In this document: positions 49,501 through 64,000 of the stretch, piece after piece | Position numbering within the stretch: position 1 is the first letter of the stretch | Layout: each line of letters starts with the position of its first letter | DNA from: Camelus dromedarius | Lineage: Eukaryota | Reading direction: 5' to 3' | Assembly: GCF_036321535.1 (NCBI RefSeq) | Contig: NC_087437.1 | Location: 72,666,001 to 72,730,000, forward strand | Length of the DNA: 64,000 bases | Program-made: the position numbers and the translations under genes | The notes under the pieces: generated by a model | What the model was told of the DNA's origin: nothing | Seen by the model: the letters and a program-made list of their open reading frames with translations, nothing else | The model's database searches: none

Positions 49501-52500
49501 GAGCAGCCACATCAACAGCAAGAGATGAATGCTCAGACGAGATTGTCCTGCATTGGGCCAGTAACGGGAGAATAAGGGGCTGGATGGCTAATGCCTCTTT
49601 TCTTTTTGGTTCAATGGACACATTAAAAAGACCTCTTTTTCCTTTTCAGGTGCCTGATGTAAAGAATGTTCAAATTCAGTAAGAACAAAACAAAACATGT
49701 GGTTGGGCTAAGGAGCGCTTGGGTAAACTAGTCCAGAAGTCATTCTACAACACATCTCTACCAGACAGACCCTAGGGGGTTGGATTGGTCCAGATGGTGG
49801 GCAGAACCCTCCAGAAGCTATGAACGTGCTGAGCTGGCAAAGCTTCAGCTCAGAGTTTGATGAGGGAATGAACTGCAGCACTAAAAAGTATTGATTTTGG
49901 AAATTATGCAAAGGTCACTAGAATACAAAAGAATACTTTGGAAAAACCAACTTTAAAATGAGATTAATCAGATGCAAAGGATAGGATTGGGGAAATGACA
50001 GATGATGAAAAACGAGAACCATTAGAAAGAATGAAATAAAACAGATGAATCAAAAATGAATGTGGCATAGGGAGGCAGGGAAGAGAAGGAGGAATAAAAA
50101 CAAGAGGAGAGGAAAACAGAGGGACAGGAGCAATTAAATCAGTTTGAATGTGTGTTCCAAGGCCAAAGTCGGCCTGGGGAACATCCCCTTCTTAGCAGAA
50201 TCAAGTCCTACACGGCTCTCTGCAGAACTGGCTTCTTCACCAATTTCATCTCTCACACTGCTCGATGCTCTAAGCTCCTTTGGAGTTTAGCCCCTGGTCA
50301 TTCCAACTTCCCCAGAGGCTATGCACATACTCTGGAATCTGAAATAAATACTGTTCAGCTATTTGCTCATTATCCTAAATTGCTCACAATAAGATCCCAA
50401 TAGCCTTGATGAAATCTACAAATGGCGAATGAGAAATCCTTTGTTATATGTTCTGATCATTTCTGTAAAAGATCAGACGCTTGGGAGCACAGCTAAAATC
50501 CAAATTAAAACATCAGTGATGTGGTAAAACAAAATCCTACCCTCTCCACCCCCTCACCCTCAAGAGAGAATATTTCTGAATTGAATTAGACCCCTTCTCT
50601 TAAAAACAAGATCTTGGCTCTCCAGCATTTTCTACCCTAATTGTGGGCAATTATTTAGTGTCGAATAAGGGGGTTTTTCCTTTTTTTTCAAGTACAAACT
50701 TTAGGTTCAGGTTTTGTTCCAGCCAGCACGTACAAGGTCTGTGTGTGGTTTCTGTAGCATCGGCTACTAAATTATTTTTTACTACTTTATTCCTTTTCAC
50801 TGGTATTGCTCTTTGATTAAGCTGACCTGCCGAAAACCTCAGGGTATCTGAGATACGTGTTTATTTGCCAGGATGTCTCCTGCCCATCACATGGTTTCTG
50901 ATCTCATCTGAGAATTCTACAATGTGGCTGAGGACATTCATGGGCCTCGCACCAGGATGCAGGAGCCTCCAGGGGGATTTTATCACCTTTCCCAACAAGC
51001 TAAGTGCTTCTGACTTATTGAGGCAATTGTGGCCATCCTCTCGCTTTCTTGTCAAGCATAAAGGGCATAAGGGTGGATGTCTCTGCTAAGTGATCAGTCA
51101 GTGCATCAGTTTGCTTCAATGGGCCGGAAAGTTTTTTTATCTTAAATGGTATTTTTGCACTTCTTTTGCAAGTTGAATGTCACTAGAAGTCCTTGATAGC
51201 GTCAACTGACAGTTACCCACAGCTGCCAAATCCTCTTCTCAAGATACAGACTTTTCAGCCTCACTGATAAAATGCCTTAGTGTTTTAGCAAACCAGTGAT
51301 GGATGGAGTCTATCCACTGGGCTGGCATCAGACTGGGAGAGTGATTATTGTCCACAGTCATTCAGAGCCGCGAGGCAGGGCTGCTCAGGGAAGGGGCTCT
51401 GCTTCCTGACTATCCTTGTGATAAACCCACATCAGCTGAGTCTCTGTTCCTTACGAACACCCTGAGGGTGGCACGGGGCCTGACGTACAGCAGGTGCTCA
51501 GTAAGTCTTGGCTAATATATTAAATATTAATTAATAAAATCTATTAATTACTATGAATTAATGAACACGACATTGCTAAAGACCTAGTTTGCCTTTTCTT
51601 ATTCCTTTTACAGTATTCTAGACTAGGCTGCTTCTCATAATTAATTTTTGTGCTCCAAGAGAATACCTCTTGCACCTTACCCTAATCTTGGCCCTAATTA
51701 AAAGAGTCAAAAGAAAAAGAAAGATTTGCATAAAATTTGCATGGTTTTGCAGAAATAATTCTGATCAAAAATCATAGGTTAAAATTTCATTTGTAAAACA
51801 AGCTACCATAAGTGTTGGTTACTTGTATACACAAGGGTGCTCTGAATTCAGGAAGGAATTAAGCCTATCCTTTGATGAAAATCAGTCATATCTGTGCTTT
51901 CCTGAATCATAAACAGGTTAGCTCTTCACTGTGAGTTCCTACTGTAGAGAGATTAAGTGCTAGTTCAGTACAGGGACCACATCTTTCCCTGTGTATTCCC
52001 TAGAGCCTAGCAGTGTGTTTAGGATGTAGCAGTATTCATTGAATTTCATAAAATTTTGGAATCATAATGTTCAGAGATCAAATTCTATTTTCCTCTCTTA
52101 CTGTGAGATCTTGGGCAATCCTTTGACCTCTTTGATCCTCATTTTCTGGATCTGGAAAGTTATGTCAATACTCAATTTGCAGGATTGTTATAAGCATTAG
52201 AGGAGATGAATTATATAGATCGCCCAGTCTTTAGTATCTACTCAGTAAATATTTTTGCAGTGAAATTCCCCTAGGCCACTGTTTTTCCCTGCAGTTTTCT
52301 GAAGCAGGATTTCTTCTCCAGCAGAGTTTCTCATTTTGCAGTCTATGGGAGCCAAGCTTATCCCATCTAAGACTGATGGCAATGTTCTCCCAAAGAATTA
52401 TTGGTCCAAGAATGTGGAACCAAAATAGATTCTTAAATTTATCTGACAGATGGCCATTCAATATCTGTTTCATTAATTAAAGGGCAGCAAGAGCCATATT

Positions 52501-55500
52501 CAGCCCAAGCTCATTGGAACCATTGTGAGATGGGTCCTTGCCCTTCAAAACAGCTTTATGGTCTCAGCTCAGGGCCATGAAAGTTGACATATTTATTTTG
52601 AGAATATATAATTGGCCCGTTTCCATAGCAGAACTTTGATTTTGCTGAATGACAAATCAATTTCACACTCTGCTTTAATTCTCTTGCCTCAGACATTCAA
52701 GTTAAATTCTGGAAACAATAATTTCTGTTCTGGTCCCATGTTTTGGATTTTTTTTTTTTTCCAGTTGGCTCTTCTGTCTTTGCCAACCGTGTCCACTTCA
52801 GAGTCATTAACAAGCATGAACAGCTCATGGATTTACTGTGCTCTTTTGTAGAAATGAAAAATGCTGGGATCTGGGGCAAAGACCGAGCAATCATAAAAAT
52901 CCTTTGCAGCTGCCCAGGAAGAACATCAAGTTCCATTGACATCCGAGTATGCAGACAATGTCTTCCAGAATATTCACAAATATACATTTAAGTGATAATG
53001 CTGGTGAGAGTGTAGAGAAATGGCCTCACTTGTCGTTTACAGGTGAGTGTAAACTGGCAGTGTGGATCTGACTTGACTGTATTAATCAAAAACGGTTGTG
53101 TAGCATCTAGGAAGTTATTTTAAGGAAATTAATGTAAAGATATATCTATAAGAATTTCTTTTAGCATTAATTTTAGTGGTGAAACTTGGAAATGTTTCAA
53201 AATTCAACAATAAAGGATCAATTAATTGAAATGTGATACATCCATTCAATGGATTTTCAATGGCAAATTATTCAGTCATTTCCATGTGGAGGAGCTTTCC
53301 ATGTAGGAAGTACTACTTCCTCTTCCTGTCCTGTTAGGACATCCCCCTGAGCCACATCCTCCTGTTTCTTGAGACAGTATCTGCCCTCCCCTTCCTATGA
53401 AGCTTTATGGTGAACAGGTTGTATCCAAGAGGAACTAGTTCCCTGCAAAGGGATAATGAAGATGGAGACATTCGAAAAACGTTTTGCTGATTACATATGG
53501 ATTTGAATATCCTATGATGATATACAGTACACTGTGAACAGTGGTTATCCTGGACGATGAGATTGAAGTGTCACACTCCCTGAATTGTTTGGATATTTTA
53601 TAAAGTTTTATCAAGGGGGGAAATATGTTTTGAAATTTAAAAAAGGAATAATTATTATGCTGACCCAATGCACAGATACGTTGAAGCTAGGGTGATAGTA
53701 AAGTGTGTTAAACATCAGTTGAGATCAGTGTTATTAACAAAGCAACAGCAAGATAATAAAACAACAACAAGCCAACATCTAGAATCTCCATGTGCTTCAA
53801 GGAGCATTGCTCAGAGATGCTAGTATGGATTACATCATACCTACTTTTTGCAATACAAGGTAATTTTGACTTATATATTCCAGAAAGAATTTATGTTAGA
53901 AAATATTTAATTATGTTTCTTTTCTTTGTTGGGTGCATACCATGGCAAATAACTTATTTGACATGAAAATTCCCATTCTTACAATTTACAGCATGTCATA
54001 TCACATGGAGAAAAGCTAAGCACCGGAGGCCTAGAAGAAAACAATTCAGTTGGCCCCCTTAGCCAGTGGTTTTAATGTCGCAATAGGGTCCCTGGGGAGA
54101 CATGGGATTTGCATGATTATTTAGAGTTTATTCTGCCTCAATCACCACTGCTTGTAATTAGAAAGAATCATAGCATGCTAAGTAGATCTATAATTTGAGA
54201 GAGAAAAGAGCCTGCTCTTTTAAATAAATGGACTTGACTATACTCTAGAGCCAATTAAACCATTAGATTATTTTATGGAGCTGAAATAGGTAAAGAAACT
54301 ATCAAGCATTGTCACTTGCCATTTGAAGTGGTTCTTAAACAATGCTTGGGAGCAGAGAATCTTACCTTACTCAGGGCATGTAGCGGCCTTAAACTTAGTC
54401 ACCATCTGCACATGAGGGTATCACCAAGCCCGTGTGAAAGACGGTCTTGTATCTATATCATTCAAGGAGCTGGACTGTTCAAATGGAGAAATTTAGCCTT
54501 CAAAATGCTCAAGGGAACTAGGTATACAAAACAACTTGCAGGAATGATGTGCTTTCTGCCAATAATACTATTATAATTTAAAATTTTATCTTCGTGCTGT
54601 TACCATAGCAGTGAAAGAGTCACAGTCAGCAGGATTATGTCAATTTCAATTACGATGAAATCAGCAGTTTAGCTAATTTGAGGCCATGGCAATTAAATTC
54701 ACTATCAGCAATAGTGTTCTAATCTATTATATCATTAAAGCTTTCTGTAAATGTCAACCAAAATGGCAGCATGCCTGGAAACAAAAAACAAGACCTTGTG
54801 AAAACTGAGCTTCGTGTTTCTATTGACGGAAGACCCAGCTTTAGCCCCAGCTGTTGTGGGAGGGATGGAATCAAAAGTAGAGAACTCTGGCCTAGTCTGT
54901 CTGCCTGCAGTCAGACATTTTCTTAATCCATCTTTCTGTCTTTGACATATCAGAAACGGGACCTGCATTCACAGTGCAGCCTGGTGCGACCTGGTGGCAT
55001 GCCTACAGATGTCACTAGTTGTTAGCAAGCCTTTCTGTTTCTGTGACCATCAGGAACCTTGATCTTGGCTCCTGGGTTGAGGTAACAGATATGTGAAGCT
55101 GAGACGGGGTATCTTGGTCCTGTGGGGGACCTGCAACCATCACCATGGAAAGTTCTGTATGTTCCGCATCAAGGTGAGCTCTAACAATGGTGACCGAGTT
55201 TGGCCTTTTGAAAAGTAACTTGAAAACAAACAAACTTTATGCCTTTCTTTAAGGCTTAACCTTTAATCCTGCCTCCCAGAGGTCTAAGATGGAATAAAAT
55301 TCCCAGACATGGGTACCACAGGGATTTCTCACATCACTATGGCCCTTGCCCAAGTCCACCCAGGAAGGATTTGTCTTGAAATCCAAGCCTCTTCTTCATT
55401 ACTTTAACTCCTTGGGGTCCAGGCAGGTTGGGACAAGTGGTAAAATGGCCAGTACAGTCTCATAATGGCAGAAGTTCCTGAGTCCAGTGTCCTCTAGCAA

Positions 55501-57148
55501 ACATTCCCTGCCCATCTCAGGCCAGAGATGTCTTCCTTCAGAGGGTCTGAGTGAACATTGTGGTCATTTGGCTCTTAAACAAGCAACTAATGATACAAGG
55601 AGCCATTCAGCCTATTCTGTTTGTTCAACTCGGCTCTGAATTCATTCAGTTAAGAGCCACGTTTGTATTTTGGTGTATCTCCTAGTTCATAATACAAGTC
55701 CTTAACTGTATTGGCAACTCAGTAAACTCTTGACTGATTGATTGACAGGGATGATTTTTCTAGTCATTTTCCTACATTCAGCACATTGACAGCTTTTGCT
55801 GATTACAGCTTTTGAATAAATAAATAAATGAAAAAATAGAATGAGACATTAGCACATTAGTTAGTAATACCTCAGGAAGAATTAGTGAGAGAGAATTAGC
55901 AGAAAGGCCATAGAAAGAAATAAGCGCTGCTCTGGGAGCCTAGGAAATTGGATCTAAATCTCCCTCCAAAGATTAATTCACTAAATGACGTTAGAGGAGT
56001 CATTTCTCCCTTGGTCTCCAGTATTATAAATAAAATTCAGGGCTTGGAACAGGTGATTTCTCTATGACTTTAGAAGAGAAAAAGGCAAGGAGTGAAACAC
56101 GGGTTCAAGTTTTCCTCAGGGCTATCTCTGGCTCTATAAGAGAGTGGGTCCCAAAGAGCCCATTCATTAAAAAAGAAGAAGAAGAAGAAGAATTTTCTCA
56201 ATAGAAAAAAATGGTTCATTTTGATAGATTTTTGAAATACATTGTTGGAGTTGGTTAGATATTATTTTGTTTAGAATTTTCATCTGTGGTCCCAAGTGAA
56301 ATCAGTCTAATCTTTTCTTAACCTCACTGGGTTTTGGAATCAAGGTTAAATTAACTTCATGAAGTGAGTTGGACTCAATATGTTTGTCTTTTCCAGCCGG
56401 GCTCTGCGCCGCCCTAGATTGAGCTGCTTTTCTGCCCCTTAGTGTCTCTGGCACAGCACCGGTGGAGCCAGGGCGATGTGGGGAACAGAAGAGGCATAGC
56501 CTGAAAGCTCTCTCCCACACCTGCCCTCCCCACCCCACTGATGGAAGCTGTTTCCCATGGCCCCCCAATCCCAAACCCAAACAGGGGCCCAGCCAGCTTC
56601 TATCTCTTGCCAAGAATTTCTTCCCAGTTTTATATCATTTTAGGGAGGATCCATCAACCTTCCTCTCTTGCTTTTGTGGCAACTCCAGGGTAAGGTTTGA
56701 GGAGGAAACTCAGTTGCATGTTCGTATAACATCCTTCCAGGAATGGACAACTCACCAGTGGTTGTCAGAGGGTCAATAAGGCTCTGAGAGGACACATTAG
56801 GTCCCTTACAAGACTCACTAGCTAATTTCCTTTAGCATAATCCTTTTTTCCTGCTCTTTTTTAATATTAGAAGTCTTTTATAATCTTGTGCTGAATCCTA
56901 ATATATAAAATACATAAGATCAGTAACACTTTTCACTGAAGCACAGTGGAGACTCAGAATTCAGGCTCCTCCCCTCTCCCAATCACCCACCCACCCGACC
57001 ACCCCACCGTGGGAACCCCTCAAGACTCTCTATAAAAGCCTAGAATTGCAAAGAACACAGTGTGAAAAACCAGCAATCCAAACATTTAGACTATGGCGGT
57101 GTCTATAGCTTCATTTATTTTACCTTTTCTTGTTAATTAACAATTCTT

Positions 57149-57875
57149 CATCCTACACTACTGGTGGAAATGAAGTTTGGTGCAGCCACTGTGGAAAACA
57201 GTATGGAGTTGCCTCAAAAGACTAGGAATAGACTTACCATATGACCCAGGAATCCCACTCCTGTGCATGTATCCAGAAGGAACCCTACTTCAAAAAGACA
57301 CCTGCACCCTAATGTTCATAGCAGCACTATTGACAATAGCCAAGACATGGAAACAGCCTAAATGTCCATCAACAGATGACTGGATAAAGAAGATGTGATA
57401 TATGTATACAATGGAATACTATTCAGCCATAAAACTGACAACATGATGCCATTTGCAGCAACATGGATGTTCCTGGAGAATGTCATTCTAAGTGAAGTAA
57501 GCCAGAAAGAGAAAGAAAAATACCATATGAGATTGCTCATATGTGGAATCTAAAAAAAGAACATAAATACAAAACAGAAACAGACTTATAGACATAGAAT
57601 ACAAACTTGTGGTTGTCAAGGGGGAGGGGGGTGGGAAGGGATAGATTGGGATTTCAAAATTTGTAAATACTGACAGGCATATGTAGAATAGATAAACAAG
57701 ATTATACTGTATATAATGCAGTATATATATGCAAGATCTTGTGGTAGCTCATAGCGAAAAGAAAATGTGACAATGAATATATGTATGTTCATGTATAACT
57801 GAAAAATTGTGCTCTACACTGGAATTTGACACAACATTGTAAAATGACTATAACTCAATAAAAAAGTTATAAAAA
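57149..57875 (+). mobile_element. 5'-truncated L1 3' end with TSD
   Basis: ORF2 C-terminus VQPLWKTVW...[20 protein letters not shown], 3'UTR, aataaa, TSD aattctt. Confidence 0.92.
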
Positions 57876-58655
57876 ATTCTTATATGAATAAAAGACCTTA
57901 TTTCTTTTCTTACTAAATGTGTCACTTTTTTTTCTTGTTTCTACTGGCAGGAAAGTGTAAGATGACTTGGTGGTCCCCAGGCTTATTTGCTTTCTCAAGT
58001 TTTCTACAGATGAGAAAATCTTTAAACCCTATCCCATCTTAACTAGATCTCAATCTTAGGCAATGTCCAAGCGTTTTAGGGGGTTAGACCTTACAAATGA
58101 CTGTAAGAGAGCAATCTACATTCTATCACTCCTGGCTGATGAAGAAACTGTGTGAATGTCTGCATCAGACCCAGGATCTGGCCTCTGGTGTGGGAAGATT
58201 TTTGACAGAGAAGTGAAAACTGCTCTTTCCTTCAACCAGTAATCACCTGCCCAGTTGACAAAACCACCCCTCCATCAGACACTTCCTGGTCATCTCTTTG
58301 AGAGCTCCTAAAAAACTGAGGCTTCATCTTGCTCATTCCTGTACCCCCAGAGAGTCTAGCATAACAGGTACAAGGTAGGTAATCAAAAATATGTGGGGGT
58401 CAAAGACCTCATACTTGAACTCTTGGCTTTCGGCTGTCAGAGAGGGCAAAACTATTCCTACGCTTTCTACTTCAGTTGCCAAGGTAAACCACACAACCTC
58501 ACAAGCCTTCCTCAAGGTTAACCTATATTTTTACAGCTACCATTTAAGCTTAATTCCATCTTGCTGGCCTCCTGAATGAAATGAAGACCAGCCCTGCCCG
58601 CAAAGTCCCTAAGACAAAGAAGAAACTTTACACTTTAAGACGCAAGACTCATTCA

Positions 58656-58661
58656 TTTATT
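58656..58661 (-). terminator. TAGLN3: TAGLN3 polyadenylation signal AATAAA
   Basis: tttatt on + strand about 310 nt past the stop codon, followed on the minus strand by GT/T-rich sequence. Confidence 0.75.
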
Positions 58662-58969
58662 AGGTGCCTTCTATAAGTTGAGGAGCGAAATTTCTGGCAA
58701 ATAAATAAATAAATAAATAGTCAGACAAAGGCGGGCTTTCAGGGAGAGGGGGCTCGGGAGGAGGGAGCGGAGTCTTTGCATAGTTCTGAACGAACAGAAG
58801 GTGGCGGCAGTAGGCAACGTGGATTTGCGGCAGAAACGCAGCACTTGCAACAACCAGGGACAGGAGGCTTTGGGACGAGGAGAAGGCCGGAAGGTGACTA
58901 GCTATTTCTTGATCACGGAGACTGCGGCGTGGAACGTCCGTCCTCTCTCCGTGGGGCGGGCGCGGCTCC

Positions 58970-59140
<171 letters not shown>

Positions 59141-60005
59141 TCATTCTGACCATTTCCAAACCTTTCCCTAGATGAGCAGTTAGGCAGGCTCTATGGGGGA
59201 TCAAGGGTCACCAGGTAGAAGGGCAGGCCTTTTGCTGAACGACAGTCCTTCTATGAACTATGCTCTCGCCCTGGGCGACGGTCCCACCACGAACAGGTCC
59301 TACATCTCTGCTCCTTAGAAGCTCAGATGATTTTCCAGAATTTCGACAGCAAAGAAACCAGTGATGCCTCTCTGGGGACTTTACTCTCAGACAGCTTTCC
59401 TGTCCCCCCCTCACAGTTACCTCAAGCCCTTGTGAAAATTGAAGTCAGCTCTTCTTGCAAAGTCATTAATCCTGTTCCACCCCTCCCTGTATGGGACCAA
59501 GGGTCACTGTTCCCCTTTAGAGCTGAGGGGTGTGGGAGCAAAGCAGGGGAAATGCCTCACTCTAGGCCAGAGGGCTGCAAACTTCGGTGAAGAGTCAGAT
59601 GGTGAATAATATGGGGCCATGTAGGACTCAGTAGGTCACTAACAAAGTGGGAGCTAAAAGCAGGGCTTCAACTGGCCAATACACAGGAGTTTCAGACCAG
59701 GTTCCTTTAAAACGCCACAAGCTGGTACCTTTTTATAGTTGTCAAGAAGCAGAGGGGGTTAGGGGCATGAAGAGTTAATTACCTGCTACTACGTGTTCAC
59801 CTCCCACTGAGCTACTGGGTTGAGTTTAAGCTCTCTTTCTGCACCGTGGGTCTTTCCTTGCTCCGGGGGGGACTCGGCTGTGGGGCTGGGAGTGCTTGCC
59901 CCTAGGGCCTTTGCGTCCAAGCACCTCTGGGCCCTGACAAGGCTTCTGATGCTCCTTCTCGCTAACATTACCCTCTGTTCCTGGGGGGCTGGGAGGGAGT
60001 TTTTA

Positions 60006-60128
<123 letters not shown>

Positions 60129-62095
60129 TTAAAGCCTAGTATGTGTCAGGGCCAAGGAATCCAGGATGCGACTGGCCCTCTGGGAAGGAAGTTCCGACAG
60201 GAGGCTGTAGTGACCTGAAGACCACATAGCCAAACTTCTCAGAAAGGAATCTGGCTAATGATTGTCTAGATGGCACATACCAAAGATCCCGTTTCTAATC
60301 CACTCGCAGTTGCTGCGTGAATAACACATTCCAAGCACTTAGCAGCTCAGATAGAGGTCCCTGCCCTACTCAGAGGCCCTGCCTCAGGGGGTCCCACAGG
60401 TGGCCGTAAGGTGAGGTCCTGTGGGTGGGTTGGCGTGGGGGTCCGCACAAGAGGGTTCTCCTCATGACTGGGAAGAGAAAAGGAAACCGGGAAGAAATAC
60501 ACTGGATGGATGAACCGCACCAAACCCCAGGTGGCTTCTTTCTTTCCCTTTATCTGGGTTAAAAGGGTCTGAAATCATCCATGTGCATCAGATTGAGTAT
60601 TCACTTGGCCCTTTGGGCTGGAGGCCTGGCAGATGAAGAAAAGCAAATCAGCACAGAAAGCACTCCGACAGGACACGGTGAGAGGCCTTTCATTCTCTGC
60701 TGCTTGAAAGGAGTTGAATGGAGACAATAAATAAATGGCATGTGTTGGAGGGGAGAGTGTGTGGTGTGCCCGGCACACAGTGGGAGGGGGCGCACCATCA
60801 CCTGAGGAGCCCAAGGACCCTTAACCCACAGAGAAGGCCCCTGGGCTACAAGGCAGCCTGCTCCTCCCATCCTTTCTCCTCGCTCCACCCCTTCCTGCTG
60901 ACTGATGAGTCCTGCACAGGGAAAGGGAAAGATGCTACCATGTGGTTAGCCCTGCAGGTCAGAACCAGCTTGAAGGTCCACGCACAGCACGAGGGTGCAG
61001 TACAAAAGCTGAAGGACCAGGGTGGGGGAGGGGGCTATGAAAGTTAAGGGCAAACATTAAATGGCGCTCTTCAGACCGAGTAAACCATCTGTGGTCTCTT
61101 GGGCCAGGCTGCTGCAGGGAATACAGAATTACTGGGGAAAGGCAGACAGAAAGGGAGAATGGAGCATAACTCTGACAAAATAAACAATTAAGGCCCACAG
61201 AGGAAGTCCAGTCCAGGATGCCCGTTTGTTCAAAGAGGAGAGAGAGACAGCAGATTCCTCTCTCCTGGTCCCTCTCCTCCACCCCCCACCTCCCACGTGA
61301 ACCGAGGGACGATCTCCTGGATCCTGAGGCTCTGCAGGGTTGATGGATGGATACAGGGATGAAAGGGTCTCTAGGGAGCACCCCCCAGACTCAAGGAACA
61401 GCTGGGGTGGTGGAGAGTGGAGGATCTGGGCAGCAGATGGAAGGGGGAGGGCACAAGGAATACTGGGAAGTAAGGGAGGGGAAGCGCAGAGGAGGTTATG
61501 AGAATGATCCTTCTCTTCCGCAGAGGAAAAGCGTTTCTGTAACTGTCACTCTATAACAGCATCCTTTTTTTTTTTTTTTTTGATAGAACCATCGTGATGA
61601 TATTCTGAAGGATCACTGAGGGAGGACATAAGGAAAGGTTTTGCTCTCAAGCAGTGAGTCCTTAAAGAACACCTAGAGAGACGATGGAGCACACAGAGGC
61701 TTGGGAAGGTCAGGGTACACCAGTCATCTCCACTCTGCATGTATAGCAGACCGGAAGTCTGGTTCTGGTGACTGAAAAGAGCAAGTCTGGCATGTCCAGG
61801 ATCTGGGGACTGTAGAGCCTGACAACTGGCAGCCAGCCACAGACACCACGCTGGAGCCATGGGTGAGGAAACAAGCCCTGTTAAACCACAGACCCAGCCC
61901 CCGTCACCAGTAGCTTGCTAAGGTGTACACTACATGACCCCAGAAAGGACGGAGGGAACTAAGTTAGGGGCAAGGGTAAGATATCTGGGAACCTCGGACT
62001 GTAACTCCCACCCACCCTCATCCCTGGAGAGTGCAAAAGGAAGCAATTATACGATTGGGGCAGAAGAAGTTGGGGAAGGAACAAATTGGAAACGC

Positions 62096-62241
62096 TTTTT
62101 TATTTTATTTTTTGTGTGTAGGGGGAGGTAATTAGGTTTGTTTATTTGTTCATTTTATTTTTTAATGGAGGTACTGGGAATTGAACCCAGGACCTTGTGC
62201 ATGCTAAGCATGTGCTCTACCACTGGGCTATACCCTCCCCC
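62096..62241 (-). mobile_element. tRNA-derived SINE (camelid vic-1-like)
   Basis: Reverse complement of the 26081 element; TSD tggaaacgcttttt / tggcaacacttttt. Confidence 0.85.
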
Positions 62242-62468
62242 TGGCAACACTTTTTAAAAAGAAAGCCCTCAGGACAAGAGATTTGATATAAATGGTAGGC
62301 TAGACACTTTGCTATATGTGACATCAACCCCATGGACTTGTCATTATTCCTCCCAATGTGTGGATGGGAAAACTAACTCAGGGAGGCTAATTAATGTGCC
62401 AGAGCCACACAGCAAGTAAATCAGGGCTCAGCTCCAGCTCAGGTTGGTCTGAACGCAAAGCCCACGGC

Positions 62469-62487
62469 AGTCTGCAGGGGGCGCACT
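62469..62487 (+). promoter_or_regulatory. Candidate CTCF site in a TAGLN3 intron
   Basis: ctgcagggggcgcac resembles the CTCF core. Confidence 0.45.
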
Positions 62488-64000
62488 GCCATCTCCCGTG
62501 GGTCCCCAGTGGAGGCTGTTTGGGAGGCACGTTCCTCGGTGATCAGGGATGACCTGAGGGGTGGCAGTGGCTGCTTCAATGCCAGGTGGAGGTATGGAAC
62601 TGGGGCATAGTTCTTGGGTCCCACAAGATCTAGGGCACCAACCCCAAATGATGGTAATGATGATGGTTTAGCATAATTTCTCAAGGTCTCAACGCAAATA
62701 AAATTAAAGCAAGAAAAAGCAGCTGGGGTCCAGAGTCCCCCATCAGTGTACAGATCAAGTTAAAATAATTATTGTTAAGATTCTGCGTAACACTGTGAAC
62801 AGAAATCTGCCTCCTGTAATCAGTTCATTTCTAGTTAGTTATCAAGTAGACCTCCCTTGGAAAGAATCCCAGTATTCTGGCCTAACGAAATGTACCATCT
62901 GCCTAGAACACAGCCTGCTTCAGAGCATGGTTTCCCAGACTTCTTCAACTATTTGTGAGATGGGATGGGGAGGTCTCTAAAAATACAAAATTTGAGGTCA
63001 GTCCCAGGAGAGACGAGTTCAGTAAGCCTGGGGGGTGGGGGTGGGGGGTTGGAGTTTATATTTTTAATAATCTCCCTGGGTGATATGCCATCAGGGAAGT
63101 CTAAGAAATATGAGTTTCTTCTGGTGACTCCCAACTAGACTAGTCATCAGAATTACCCAAGGATCTTGAAAATTCAGATTCTGGGATGATCTGTGATGAT
63201 GCGGATACAGCCAGACGGATAGGCAAGCACTGCCCCAGCAGCTTGGTTTTTAATTTTTAAAACTATCCCAAGGTCTGGCATGTGGTAAGTACTAGATTAA
63301 AGTTGTTAAGCAATAACTCCTCCCTTCAGAGATATCTTCCACAAAGTCAGATCATAACCGCAGCCACTGAAATGGCTGTGATCCAGGCTGGGAGCCTGCT
63401 CCGAGCCCTGGAAGCTTGGCATCCCTTTGCTTCTTGAAAGCAACCCCTAGATACTTTGGCAAGGCAGCCTGAAAACCACTGCTTAAGGCCATTCTGCCAA
63501 GGGAAAAAAAAGAAGAACAGTTCTAAAAGAACTACCAACTAGGTGCTGGGAATTTTCTAGATGCTGGGAGAGCAGAAATGAAACTGAGTCTGGGTGGTGA
63601 TCTATGAATAAGACCGCTGGCCATAGAAAGGAAGTGAGACAAGAAAAGAGAGGGGCCACATTTACACTAACGGCTCAGGATTTTAATCAGGCTCCTGGAC
63701 TCCTCTAGCCCCTAGCATAGGGGAGGCTAATATTAGTCTTGAAGTTGTAAAAAGAGATGGTGGCAGAGTAGCTTTTCCTGTCTCACCTGACAAACCTCTT
63801 CAGAGTCTCAAGAGGAACCAAAACCTTTACTAGAAGATACTGTGTCCTCTGTTTCCTGCATTATCACAAGGCAGTGTCTTCCCAGGTGTGATCTTACACC
63901 CCAGCTACCAAAATTCATCTCTGGGAAGAGGGACCAAGGGCTCTGCATTGTAAGGACCACCCCCAACTCCCATCCTAATCCAGGGTTTCTTATGCTCACA

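Noticed and set aside
52765..52991. Plus-strand poly-T/ccag acceptor followed by a phase-1-compatible 75-codon ORF (VGSSVFANRVHF...LLCSF...IW), considered as exon 3 of the CD200-like module
   Set aside because: It is 39 kb away, lacks the IgV D-x-G-x-Y-x-C motif and ends in a stop; the resemblance is compatible with chance.

Overview
This is mammalian genomic DNA, probably camelid, judging from vic-1-like tRNA-derived SINEs. The minus strand carries coding exons 1-16 of TMPRSS7 (matriptase-3; 44527 to 1240). They give 2179 coding nt in one open frame with consistent splice phases; the last exons lie left of the window. Upstream on the same strand are the last two exons and 3'UTR of TAGLN3 (60109 to about 58635). 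The most striking feature lies in the 12.6-kb TMPRSS7 intron 14: a CD200 (OX-2)-like 5' gene module on the plus strand, antisense to TMPRSS7. It has a CpG-island promoter, exon 1 (MERL, 11379-11390) and an 82-nt signal-peptide exon (13501-13582) with intact splice sites and frame. No Ig-domain exons were found, and the module sits between scrambled L1 pieces. The rest is ordinary intronic or intergenic DNA with L1, LTR, SINE and DNA-transposon remnants. Gene and repeat-family names come from recalled sequences, not database searches.
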